Both the position numbers and the translations under genes were made by a program. Below are positions 16,149-24,951 of a stretch of DNA of 32,000 nt, piece after piece (the stretch's first letter is position 1; every line of letters begins with the position of its first letter). The stretch comes from an uncultured Gammaproteobacteria bacterium. GTDB lineage: Bacteria; Patescibacteriota; Microgenomatia; Daviesbacterales; UBA10151. Where the stretch lies: NCBI GenBank assembly GCA_964522265.1, contig CAZFVS010000001.1, positions 2,400-34,399 of the forward strand. The letters run 5' to 3'. The notes below the pieces were generated by a model that was given only the letters and a program-made list of their open reading frames with translations, searched no databases and was not told where the DNA came from.

Positions 16149-18142
16149 ACCTACAAAATAAAAAAATATTGATAACAGGTGGAGATGGGTTTATCGGTAG
16201 ACATTTGGTTTTTGGTCTTAAGCGATTGGGAGCCAAGATTGACATCTTTGATAGAAATAGAGGAGATGATATGAATGATTATAAAAAACTGGAAAAAATT
16301 CTTAAAAAAAACTATTTTGCAGTTTATCATTTAGCAGGAGTGTCAGGAGCTGTACAAAGCATTACACAAGAACGTAATTTTTTAAATATTAATACTTTGG
16401 CTTCAATTAAATTGGCTGAGCTATTACTAGAACATACGCCCAATACTAAATTAATTATTTCAAGTACCAGACTTGAATATGGTGTACCAAAATATCTTCC
16501 AGTGGATGAGCAACACCCAACTTTTCCTATATCTATATATGGATTGTCAAAATTAGCATTTACCCAAATAGCCATGGGTTTTTTTGCCAAGTGGGGATTG
16601 GATATCACAATCCTTCGTACCTCAAATGTTTATGGTCCTCATCGTAAGGATATTTTTAAGGGTTACAACGTCATAAACTTTTTTGTAAATTTGGCATTTA
16701 ATAATAAAACGATCCAAATTTTTGGGGATGGATCTCAATTACGTGATTATCTCTATATTGATGATTTTGTTCAGGTTTTGATAAAAGCATTAGACAAAAA
16801 AAGTAAAGGAGAGATTATTAATATTGGATTTGGTAAAGGAATATCGATTAAAGCTATTGTCAAAAAAATTATACGATATTGGGGTAAAGGTAAAATAAAG
16901 TTTATCAAATGGCCTAAAAATTATCAACTTGTTGAGTCCGGAAGTTATATAACCAATATTAAAAAGGCACAAGAATTATTAGATTTTCAGCCAACGATTG
17001 ATTTTGACGAAGGTATTGCTTTGTCAATGAATAGTTGTATCAAAATTTGTTCTCCACATCTTGGTATAAACCCGGAATCGATTTTAGGAGGTGAAATATT
17101 TGACCGACAAATTCTCTTAGGTCTTGCCGAAAAAGGTGTGAATATTGAAATTATCCTTCCGTTTACCCTAAAACATGATGACCATAAAAATTGGCATATA
17201 ACTAATTTACCAATAGTACATTTTCCCGCAATCTTATTTAATATTTTTATTTTACCGTATCTTTTTATTTTATATAAGTTAAGAAAATTTAGAATAATCA
17301 GAATTCATTCTCCCAGATATGTTGGCTTAGGTTGCTTGATCTTTAAAATGATTAATCCAAAAGTTAAATTAATAGCCACATATCACCAATTCAGAGAAAC
17401 AAATTTTTTTTGGTTAAGCAAAATTGTTAATAAAGCTTGGGACCATATTATTTGTGATAGCGAAAACGTTAAAAGAGAACTCAATAGAAAATATGGAATA
17501 AGTTTAACCAATATTACCGTTGTGCATAATGGAGTTCCTTCCTACCTAAAACCTATGCCTAAAAATAAACAGCTCATGAAACAATTTAAATTGCAAGGGA
17601 AAAATATTCTTTTATATATGGGGTTGTTTATAGATCGGAAGACCCCCTTATTTTTAATTGATGTTCTAAAAAAACTAGTTCAAAAAGATAAAAATATTAT
17701 TCTTTTGATGGTTGGTAAGGGGGAACTAGAGCATCAAATTATAAGTCGAGCTAAAGATAATGGGGTTTTTAATAATCTAAGATTGATCAAACAGGTTTTT
17801 GGAGAGGAGAAAAATCAAATTAAAAAATTAGAAGACTTGTTCGTCTTTCCTTCAAAGGACGAGGGATTTGCTCTTGCTCCCCTTGAAGCCATGGCATGCG
17901 GTGTACCGGTAATAGAAAATAATAGACACTCAGCTGCGGAAGCTGTCACTAATGGTAAAAATGGCTATTTGTGCCAAACTGATAATATTAATGATTGGAC
18001 AAATAAAATAAACAAAATTTTGTCAGATTTAAAATTACGTACAAAAATGAGCGATAATTGTTTAAAAAGAATAAATAAAGAATTTGATTGGGAACAAGCT
18101 GTTAATCACCACATTGCAGTGTTTAAAAAGTTAATTTCATGA
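16145..18142 (+). CDS. Fusion protein: extended-SDR sugar epimerase/dehydratase (N-terminal) plus GT4 glycosyltransferase (C-terminal)
   Basis: N-terminal GGDGFIGRHL (GxxGxxG), SSTRLEYG and YGLSKLA (YxxxK). From about aa 295 onward there is a GT-B module with DEGFALAPLEAMACGVPVIEN (E-x7-E). An in-frame ATGA lies at the domain junction (17027-17030). Confidence 0.8.
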   Translation: MNLQNKKILITGGDGFIGRHLVFGLKRLGAKIDIFDRNRGDDMNDYKKLEKILKKNYFAVYHLAGVSGAVQSITQERNFLNINTLASIKLAELLLEHTPNTKLIISSTRLEYGVPKYLPVDEQHPTFPISIYGLSKLAFTQIAMGFFAKWGLDITILRTSNVYGPHRKDIFKGYNVINFFVNLAFNNKTIQIFGDGSQLRDYLYIDDFVQVLIKALDKKSKGEIINIGFGKGISIKAIVKKIIRYWGKGKIKFIKWPKNYQLVESGSYITNIKKAQELLDFQPTIDFDEGIALSMNSCIKICSPHLGINPESILGGEIFDRQILLGLAEKGVNIEIILPFTLKHDDHKNWHITNLPIVHFPAILFNIFILPYLFILYKLRKFRIIRIHSPRYVGLGCLIFKMINPKVKLIATYHQFRETNFFWLSKIVNKAWDHIICDSENVKRELNRKYGISLTNITVVHNGVPSYLKPMPKNKQLMKQFKLQGKNILLYMGLFIDRKTPLFLIDVLKKLVQKDKNIILLMVGKGELEHQIISRAKDNGVFNNLRLIKQVFGEEKNQIKKLEDLFVFPSKDEGFALAPLEAMACGVPVIENNRHSAAEAVTNGKNGYLCQTDNINDWTNKINKILSDLKLRTKMSDNCLKRINKEFDWEQAVNHHIAVFKKLIS

Positions 18143-18909
18143 AAATTTTTAAAAAAATATTGATCTTAATGTTAAAACAGCTGGATTATGGGAGTGCTAT
18201 ATCTGTACGTCTAATCAAACTTACTGGGAAGTCAACAGCACCGATACACCCGAAACATTTTTTAACAACAAAACCTTGGTTTGTCGAATATATTAAAGAA
18301 AAAGATGTTGTTTTAGATTTAGGATGCGGAAATGGCCAAAACTCATTGAAAATTGCAAAAGTTGCAAAAAAGGTTATAGGTATAGAAATTAACCCTAAAT
18401 CTCTAGAAATAGCGATCAAAACTAGCAAGCATTTAAGAATTAGAAACATTAAATTTATTTTAGGAGATTTGGAAAAAAAATTACCAATTCCCAAGAAATC
18501 GATAGATAAGGTGGTTATGCTTGCATTGCTTGAACATTTAAAAGAGCGCAATCAAATTATGGAAGAAATTAAAAAAGTGATAAAACCCGCAGGCTTACTT
18601 TTTATTAGCGTCCCTAATTCCCAAACGACTTGGAAAAAAATGCAACGAAGTGTTGGAATGTCATCTTATTCTGACCCTGATCATAAGATTGAGTACTCGG
18701 AGCGCCAAATAAAAAAATTTTTGTCCAAACATGGATTTATAATAAAACAATTAAATTATGGCACGTACGATACTCCGTGGAGAGGATTGATAGATATTAT
18801 TGGTGGTTTTTCTCTTACCATGTATCGTGTAATGACCGATTTGCGACAAAAACTTGTCGCAAAAAACCCCAAAGAAGCGAGTGGGTTTGAAATAATTGCA
18901 TTTAAATAA
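18139..18909 (+). CDS. Class I SAM-dependent methyltransferase
   Basis: VLDLGCGNGQNS (motif I) and KVIGIEINP (motif II acidic residue); ATGA overlap upstream. Confidence 0.8.
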   Translation: MKIFKKILILMLKQLDYGSAISVRLIKLTGKSTAPIHPKHFLTTKPWFVEYIKEKDVVLDLGCGNGQNSLKIAKVAKKVIGIEINPKSLEIAIKTSKHLRIRNIKFILGDLEKKLPIPKKSIDKVVMLALLEHLKERNQIMEEIKKVIKPAGLLFISVPNSQTTWKKMQRSVGMSSYSDPDHKIEYSERQIKKFLSKHGFIIKQLNYGTYDTPWRGLIDIIGGFSLTMYRVMTDLRQKLVAKNPKEASGFEIIAFK

Positions 18910-20186
18910 TGAATATTTTAATGCTCTCTGAATATTTTACGCCGTTTGATTTTGGAGGCTCAGAGTGGAGTACTTACTATTTAGCAAAAGGATTGGCCAA
19001 AAACGGAGTGCACATTACTATTCTAACTCCGAACTATGGAAAAGAGAAAAATAAAGAGTTTAAAGAAGGATTCCTAATATATCGACCTGCGTTTTATAAA
19101 AAAATTAATCAAAAAAAACAATTAACACCCTTTTGGTATACAAATTTATTATGGTTTTTTTGGAGCTCTTTTTTTACTATAAAATATTGCTTTCAAAATA
19201 AAGTAGACTTAATTCATGTACAAGGAAAATATTTTCTACTCGCAGCAATCCTGGCTAAATTAATTTTAAGAAAAAAAATAATTATAACTCTGAGAGACTA
19301 TATTATCTTATGCCCTCTAGGTATGTGTCTTTTGTATCAAAATAAATTATGTACTCCCCTGGAATTTATAAAAAATGATATTCCGAAACTGCTAAAAATT
19401 TACCATAAAGATAAAAATTTAGTCGTCAAATGCATCTTATATTTGGAGGCAATACGGTTATGGTTTATAAGCTTTTTTCATAAAAAGATATTAAAATATG
19501 CAGATATTATTATTGCAATAAGCAATATAGAAAAAAAAATCTACCAAAAACAGGGATTTAATAATATTTCTGTAATTTCTAATCCTTATTTATTTAAAAT
19601 CCTAAAGAAGGCCAGAAAAAAGAAAATAAATAATAAAATTGTATTTGCTGGAAGAATTACCCCCGGGAAAGGTGCAGATATTTTAATTAAGATAGCACCT
19701 ATTTTGATAAAAAAATTTAACAATGTAACCCTCTATTTTATTGGAGAAGGATTTTTAAAAAAGTATTTAATTAATGAATCAAGGATAAATAAATTTAAAT
19801 CACATGTAAAATTTTTAGGGCACATTGATCATAGTAGGCTAGAGGAGCATCTCAAAACAGCCAATTTAACAGTTATACCTTCTGTTTGGCCAGAACCATT
19901 TGGTCGGATTGCTCTCGAGTCTATAGGTGTAGGTACACCGATTGTAGTAAGCGACAGGTGCGGTGTATCTGAAAATATAATTGATAAAAGATGGGGTATA
20001 ATAAGTAGTCCTACAGAAACAGAACTACTAAAAAATATCAATCTAGCCCTGAAAAATCAAAATATAATGAGAAGTAATCTACAAAATGATTTTCTTCTAA
20101 TAAAGAATATTTGGTCGAATGATGTATACGATATGCACATAAGAATTTATAATCGATCAATAAAAAATACCTGCTCCTCAAAATGA
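18909..20186 (+). CDS. GT4 glycosyltransferase
   Basis: N-terminal GGSEWSTYYLAKGLAKNG and C-terminal PEPFGRIALESIGVGTPIVVSD (E-x7-E). The start overlaps the upstream stop (TAATG). Confidence 0.8.
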   Translation: MNILMLSEYFTPFDFGGSEWSTYYLAKGLAKNGVHITILTPNYGKEKNKEFKEGFLIYRPAFYKKINQKKQLTPFWYTNLLWFFWSSFFTIKYCFQNKVDLIHVQGKYFLLAAILAKLILRKKIIITLRDYIILCPLGMCLLYQNKLCTPLEFIKNDIPKLLKIYHKDKNLVVKCILYLEAIRLWFISFFHKKILKYADIIIAISNIEKKIYQKQGFNNISVISNPYLFKILKKARKKKINNKIVFAGRITPGKGADILIKIAPILIKKFNNVTLYFIGEGFLKKYLINESRINKFKSHVKFLGHIDHSRLEEHLKTANLTVIPSVWPEPFGRIALESIGVGTPIVVSDRCGVSENIIDKRWGIISSPTETELLKNINLALKNQNIMRSNLQNDFLLIKNIWSNDVYDMHIRIYNRSIKNTCSSK

Positions 20187-21265
20187 TCTTAGGTATATAT
20201 TTATCCATAGGTGATAGTTTATCTAATTTAGCAAATGTTGGACAGGATACACTATTTAAGAAATATTATCTAAGAAAATTCTCAAATGAATTTAAAGAGG
20301 TTTATATTTTTTCTTATAAAAAGGAGAAAATTCAAAACCTGCCTGAAAACGTAAAAATTATACCTAATAAATATAATTTACATCGGTATATTTATGCATG
20401 CTTACTTCCATTATTAAATTTTAAGTTTATCTACAAGTGTGATATTTTTAGGGCATATCATCTTTCGGGCACACCACCAGCAATATTAGGAAAAATTTTT
20501 TTAAATAAGCCTTTTGTCTTTAATTATGCATATAATTACAATGCCTTAGCTAAAATAGAGGGTCATATAATTCAAGCATATTTTTATAAATTAATTGAAC
20601 CACTTGCTATTTTCTTTTCATGCACTTTCTTTACTGCGAATAGAACTATTTATAAAAAATTTAAAAGTAAAAAAAATTTTTTTCTACCCAATGGAGTTGA
20701 TATAAATATTTTCAAACCTCAAAAAAAGAATATAAAAAATAAAACCCCGCTGGTTTTGTCGGTAGGAAGATTAGAATTACAAAAAAACTACAAAAATTTA
20801 ATTATTGCTATGAAGGGTATAAATGCAAAACTTTTAATAGTAGGTAAAGGAAGGTTATATAAACAACTGTACAGATTAGCGAGAAAAGAGAATGTAAAAC
20901 TACAGATAATAAAAAAAATTGATCATAGTAAAATTGCTGGAATATATAGAAAATCAGATATCTTTATTCTTCCATCTCTTTTAGAAGGCCATCCCAAAAC
21001 CCTTCTTGAAGCAATGTCAAGTGGAAAACCTGTCATAGGGACTGATGTTGAGGGGGTAAATGATTTAATTGAAAATAAAAAAAACGGCATACTTTGCAAT
21101 AAGAATATAAGCGATATCAATAATGCTTTAAGGTTGTTATTATATAATAAGAAACTGCAACTTAAATTATCAAAACGGGCAAGGGAAACGGCAGTGAGTA
21201 GATATAACATTAATTTACTTCTAGAAAAAGAATTAACAGTATTGATGGCTGCTTATGAGAAATAA
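20183..21265 (+). CDS. GT4 glycosyltransferase
   Basis: VGRLELQKN...LLEGHPKTLLEAMSSGKPVIGTD (E-x7-E); ATGA overlap upstream. Confidence 0.8.
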   Translation: MILGIYLSIGDSLSNLANVGQDTLFKKYYLRKFSNEFKEVYIFSYKKEKIQNLPENVKIIPNKYNLHRYIYACLLPLLNFKFIYKCDIFRAYHLSGTPPAILGKIFLNKPFVFNYAYNYNALAKIEGHIIQAYFYKLIEPLAIFFSCTFFTANRTIYKKFKSKKNFFLPNGVDINIFKPQKKNIKNKTPLVLSVGRLELQKNYKNLIIAMKGINAKLLIVGKGRLYKQLYRLARKENVKLQIIKKIDHSKIAGIYRKSDIFILPSLLEGHPKTLLEAMSSGKPVIGTDVEGVNDLIENKKNGILCNKNISDINNALRLLLYNKKLQLKLSKRARETAVSRYNINLLLEKELTVLMAAYEK

Positions 21266-22319
21266 AATTTTCTATATTTACAGAACCAAAAGAGAGCCTA
21301 ATTTAAATGCTGACAAAGAAGGATTAGAACCTGACCATATTCTATATGGACTCAATCATATTAATAAGATGGGTATAAAAGCTGAGTTCAGTGATATTGC
21401 TTACTCAAAATTTAACATACTTTATTGGATTTTCCTCCCGATGCAATATATTTTGATCAAAATGACATCCTTTGGATTCAAAATTGATCAAGCTATATTG
21501 CTTTATCCAAAAATTAAAAAGAATAAAATTCTTATTTCTACGGCTGATAGCGCTGGTTTACCAATCCTTTTATTTAAAAAAATGGGTTTAATAACTTCTA
21601 AAGTAATTTATATAAGTACCGGTTTAATAAATGAGCTAAAAAAAAGAAAACAAAATTCCTTGATAAAGTTTTATTATAATTTATTAAACTATGCAGATAG
21701 AATTATATGTCATTCAAAGGTAGAAAAGAAACTATTTCTAGAAAAAATCAGTATAAATAAAAATAAAATATACGTAGTTCCTTTTGGGATAGATTGGAAT
21801 TTTTTTAAGGGTCAAGTCAAAAGTCAAAATTATATCTTATCAGTAGGCAGAGATAGGTCGAGAGATTTTAAGTTACTCAAAGAGGTTGCAAAAATATTAA
21901 AAAAAGAAGCCTTCGTATTGGTAACGAGTAAACCAAATACAAAAAATATAAAATTTCCAACGAATGTAAGCGTCTATTATGATATTTCTTATATAGAGGT
22001 AAGGAAATTCTATAGGAAATCAAAATTAGTCTTTATTCCACTAAAAGAATTAGATAGGGCGGAAGGGCAAATAAGCTTTCTTGAGTCTATTGCTTCTGAG
22101 AAAAAAATAGTTATATCTAAAGTGACCGGAATTTATGATACTTATAAGAAAATCATAAACCATAAAAAGATCTTTTTTTACAAGCCGGGTGATTTAAACG
22201 GGGCAGTAAAAAAAATTAAAATGGCTTTGAAGCATGTTGACAGGAGTACAATGATAAATAAATTTTATTCCTCAGAAAGTTATGCAAAAAAAATTTTGAA
22301 AATAGCAAAAAAAACTTAA
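21255..22319 (+). CDS. GT-B fold glycosyltransferase, divergent GT1/GT4-like
   Basis: SVGRDRSRDFKLL... and a degenerate acidic motif RAEGQISFLESIASEKKIVISK. Overlaps the upstream gene by 11 nt. Confidence 0.55.
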   Translation: MRNKIFYIYRTKREPNLNADKEGLEPDHILYGLNHINKMGIKAEFSDIAYSKFNILYWIFLPMQYILIKMTSFGFKIDQAILLYPKIKKNKILISTADSAGLPILLFKKMGLITSKVIYISTGLINELKKRKQNSLIKFYYNLLNYADRIICHSKVEKKLFLEKISINKNKIYVVPFGIDWNFFKGQVKSQNYILSVGRDRSRDFKLLKEVAKILKKEAFVLVTSKPNTKNIKFPTNVSVYYDISYIEVRKFYRKSKLVFIPLKELDRAEGQISFLESIASEKKIVISKVTGIYDTYKKIINHKKIFFYKPGDLNGAVKKIKMALKHVDRSTMINKFYSSESYAKKILKIAKKT

Positions 22320-22326
22320 TTTACCA

Positions 22327-23901
22327 ATGCTGAATTTTTTTAAAAATCCAATATTCATATTAATATTAGTTGGGATATTTATTGGAGTATCTTTATTAGG
22401 ACATTTAAATTTAGGTACACCATCTATAGATTCGGCTACTTTTTTATATATAGCTAAAGAAATCACAAAAGGGAAAATTCCATACAAAGATATTTTTGAT
22501 CATAAGGTACCTCTTGTGTATTTTATTGATGTTGCGGGGTTGTTAATTAGCAAGCATTCTTTATTTGGAGTTTGGATGTTGGAATTCATATCACTTTTTG
22601 TTTCAGTAATCCTGAGTTTTTATTTGGTTAAAAAAATTTTTGGTCCCTTTCCAGCTTTTTTATCAACCCTCGCTTGGCTGAATATTTTCTTTAAATTATT
22701 AAATGGAGGCAATTTAACTGAAGAATATGCAATACCCTTTCAATTTGGGGGAATTTATCTTTTTTGGTTATCAGAAAATAAAGAGGATAAAAACAATAAT
22801 ATAACCTGGATAGTATTTGGAATATTATCCGCCTTAGTATTTTTTTTAAAACAAAATCTAATAGGAATATTCTTTATAATATGTATTATAGAATTTATAA
22901 AGGGAGTAAGGAATAAAAAATGGAATCATTTAATAAAACTTTTCAGGAATTTTTTTATTGGAAATCTATTAGTGTTTCTTCCGTTTATGCTTTATTTTAT
23001 AGTTAACGATGCTTTGAGCGATTTTTCCAACTTTGCTTTTAGGTATAATCTTTATTATTCAGGAAAAGCTTTTTCAAATTTTTTCAATGTTGTATTCAGC
23101 GGGCTCCAATTAATGTTATTTTCACCCCTTGGTTTTTTGGGACTTTTGGGGTGGTTTGATGTAGTAGTTGTTCTGCTGTATGGCTTTTATAGAAAAGAAC
23201 TTAAAGACAAAAAAAGTATTTTATTTTTTTTACTTCTTCTTTTACCGATAGAGTATTTGTTAGTAAGTACAAGCGGGAAAATCTATACACATTATTATAT
23301 AGTTTGGATTCCTGCAATGACTTTGCTTACGGGTTATATCATATATATGATACAGGCCTATTGGAAAAAAATGTGGTTTGGTCAAAAACAACATCGTGAT
23401 GTAATACTTTTTTTAGTACTACCCGTCATAATATTATGGATTTTTTGGCAAAACTTGGTTTCGTTCTATCGTGGATTAGAATCCATACGTAATCTGCGCT
23501 ATCAAAAATTAGAAATATCTAATTTTATTGACCATAATACTTCTTCGGATGACTATATTTTTATTTGGGGGGTTGGATCCACTATAAACTTTGATTCAAA
23601 CAGACGATCACCCTCCAGGTTTATTTACCAAACACCGCTATATATAAAGGGTTTTCAGAATCCGTCGATGTACTACGAATTACTATATGATTTAATAAAT
23701 AAAACCCCAGAGTATATTTTAGACGGAAATACTCAAAAAGATAAATTTAGACCAATTATTTGTAACAAACCATTTCGTATAGAAGATTACCACCCTGCTA
23801 TGATACCTCTTTCGGAAATAAAAATTGTTGAAAACTTTATTTGTAAAAATTATAAAATTATAGGTATAATTGATGGCTATAAAGTTTTAAAGAAGATATG
23901 A
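22327..23901 (+). CDS. Polytopic GT-C-like membrane glycosyltransferase (ArnT/PMT_2-like)
   Basis: The loop after TM1, SIDSATFLYIAKEITKGKIPYKDIFDHKVPLVYF, resembles the D...Y.D.FDHKPPL pattern of ArnT/PMT_2 enzymes. 524 aa with more than 10 TM segments and a soluble C-terminal domain. Confidence 0.55.
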   Translation: MLNFFKNPIFILILVGIFIGVSLLGHLNLGTPSIDSATFLYIAKEITKGKIPYKDIFDHKVPLVYFIDVAGLLISKHSLFGVWMLEFISLFVSVILSFYLVKKIFGPFPAFLSTLAWLNIFFKLLNGGNLTEEYAIPFQFGGIYLFWLSENKEDKNNNITWIVFGILSALVFFLKQNLIGIFFIICIIEFIKGVRNKKWNHLIKLFRNFFIGNLLVFLPFMLYFIVNDALSDFSNFAFRYNLYYSGKAFSNFFNVVFSGLQLMLFSPLGFLGLLGWFDVVVVLLYGFYRKELKDKKSILFFLLLLLPIEYLLVSTSGKIYTHYYIVWIPAMTLLTGYIIYMIQAYWKKMWFGQKQHRDVILFLVLPVIILWIFWQNLVSFYRGLESIRNLRYQKLEISNFIDHNTSSDDYIFIWGVGSTINFDSNRRSPSRFIYQTPLYIKGFQNPSMYYELLYDLINKTPEYILDGNTQKDKFRPIICNKPFRIEDYHPAMIPLSEIKIVENFICKNYKIIGIIDGYKVLKKI

Positions 23902-24950
23902 CTGTTTGTTATTTTGGATCCTACGAACCGCAATACCCAAGGAATGTAATTACCATGAAGGGATTTAAAGCGTTAGGTTGGGATATTATTGAATGCAACG
24001 ATCGCACGGGTGGTATCAAGCATTATTTAGGACTAATAAATCAGTTTGTCAAAGGTTGTAGAAAATCAAACTTGATATTTATAGGCGTTTTAGGACATTA
24101 TGATGTTCCTTTGGCATGGATTATGGCTAAGGCATTCAAAAAAAAAATCATATTTGATGCTTTTTATTCTGTTTATGATACTTACGTTGAGGATAGAAAA
24201 GCATATAAAAAATGGAGTTTGAATGCCCTAAGGTTTTATTTTTACGATTGGATCTCGGTTAGACTGGCAGATAAAGTAATACTGGATACCAATGAACAAA
24301 TAGAATATTTTATTAAAGAATTTCACTTATCTGGTAAAAAATTCTTTGAACTACCAGTTTGTGCAGATGACCAGATTTTTAAAAAGGGAAGCATTAAAAA
24401 ACATACCGTACCCACTATTGGTTTCTACGGCAGTTTTCTTCCTCTGCATGGAGTTAGTGTAATAGTTGAAGTAATGAACATACTTAGAAAAGACTCATTT
24501 CGGTGTTATTTATTAGGTTCAGGTCCAGGGTTAAAGGTTATTAAGAAAGAGGTCACCAATAGGAGATTAAAAGGTAAGATAAAATTTTATAAAAACTTAC
24601 CTTATTCAGATCTTCCGAAATTCTTTACAATGATTGATTTGTTTTTAGCAGGACCTTTTGGTAACACAAATAAAGCACAAAGGATATTGCTTGCAAAAAC
24701 AGTTGAGGCCCTATCTTTTGGGATTCCTACTGTAATAACAAAAACTCCGGCTTGTAAAAGGCTTATCGGTAAATATAAAAATAATGTTATTTGGGTTGAA
24801 AATAACAAACCAGATACTTTAACGAAAATAATTAAAGATTTCTTCAAGACATTTGATCAAAAAAATGCTCAATTTAAACAATCTAAAGATGACTTTCCGT
24901 TAAGTTTTTTGAATTTTACTAAAAAAATGAACGAAATTATCACTTATTAA
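23898..24950 (+). CDS. GT-B fold glycosyltransferase (divergent group-1 type)
   Basis: The N-terminus CYFGSYEPQYPRNVITMKGFKALGWDIIEC is the typical start of a GT1-like subfamily. The second Rossmann half is IGFYGSF...LLGSGPG; ATGA overlap upstream. Confidence 0.55.
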   Translation: MTVCYFGSYEPQYPRNVITMKGFKALGWDIIECNDRTGGIKHYLGLINQFVKGCRKSNLIFIGVLGHYDVPLAWIMAKAFKKKIIFDAFYSVYDTYVEDRKAYKKWSLNALRFYFYDWISVRLADKVILDTNEQIEYFIKEFHLSGKKFFELPVCADDQIFKKGSIKKHTVPTIGFYGSFLPLHGVSVIVEVMNILRKDSFRCYLLGSGPGLKVIKKEVTNRRLKGKIKFYKNLPYSDLPKFFTMIDLFLAGPFGNTNKAQRILLAKTVEALSFGIPTVITKTPACKRLIGKYKNNVIWVENNKPDTLTKIIKDFFKTFDQKNAQFKQSKDDFPLSFLNFTKKMNEIITY

Positions 24951-24951
24951 T

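Noticed and set aside
10027-24147. Other A9-A10 tracts inside glycosyltransferase genes (10027-10035, 11514-11522, 19531-19539, 24138-24147), considered as further phase-variation sites.
   Set aside because: Runs of this length are expected in a lysine-rich, roughly 25-30% G+C coding region. Only the A19 tract and the heptamer repeat stand out from the background.
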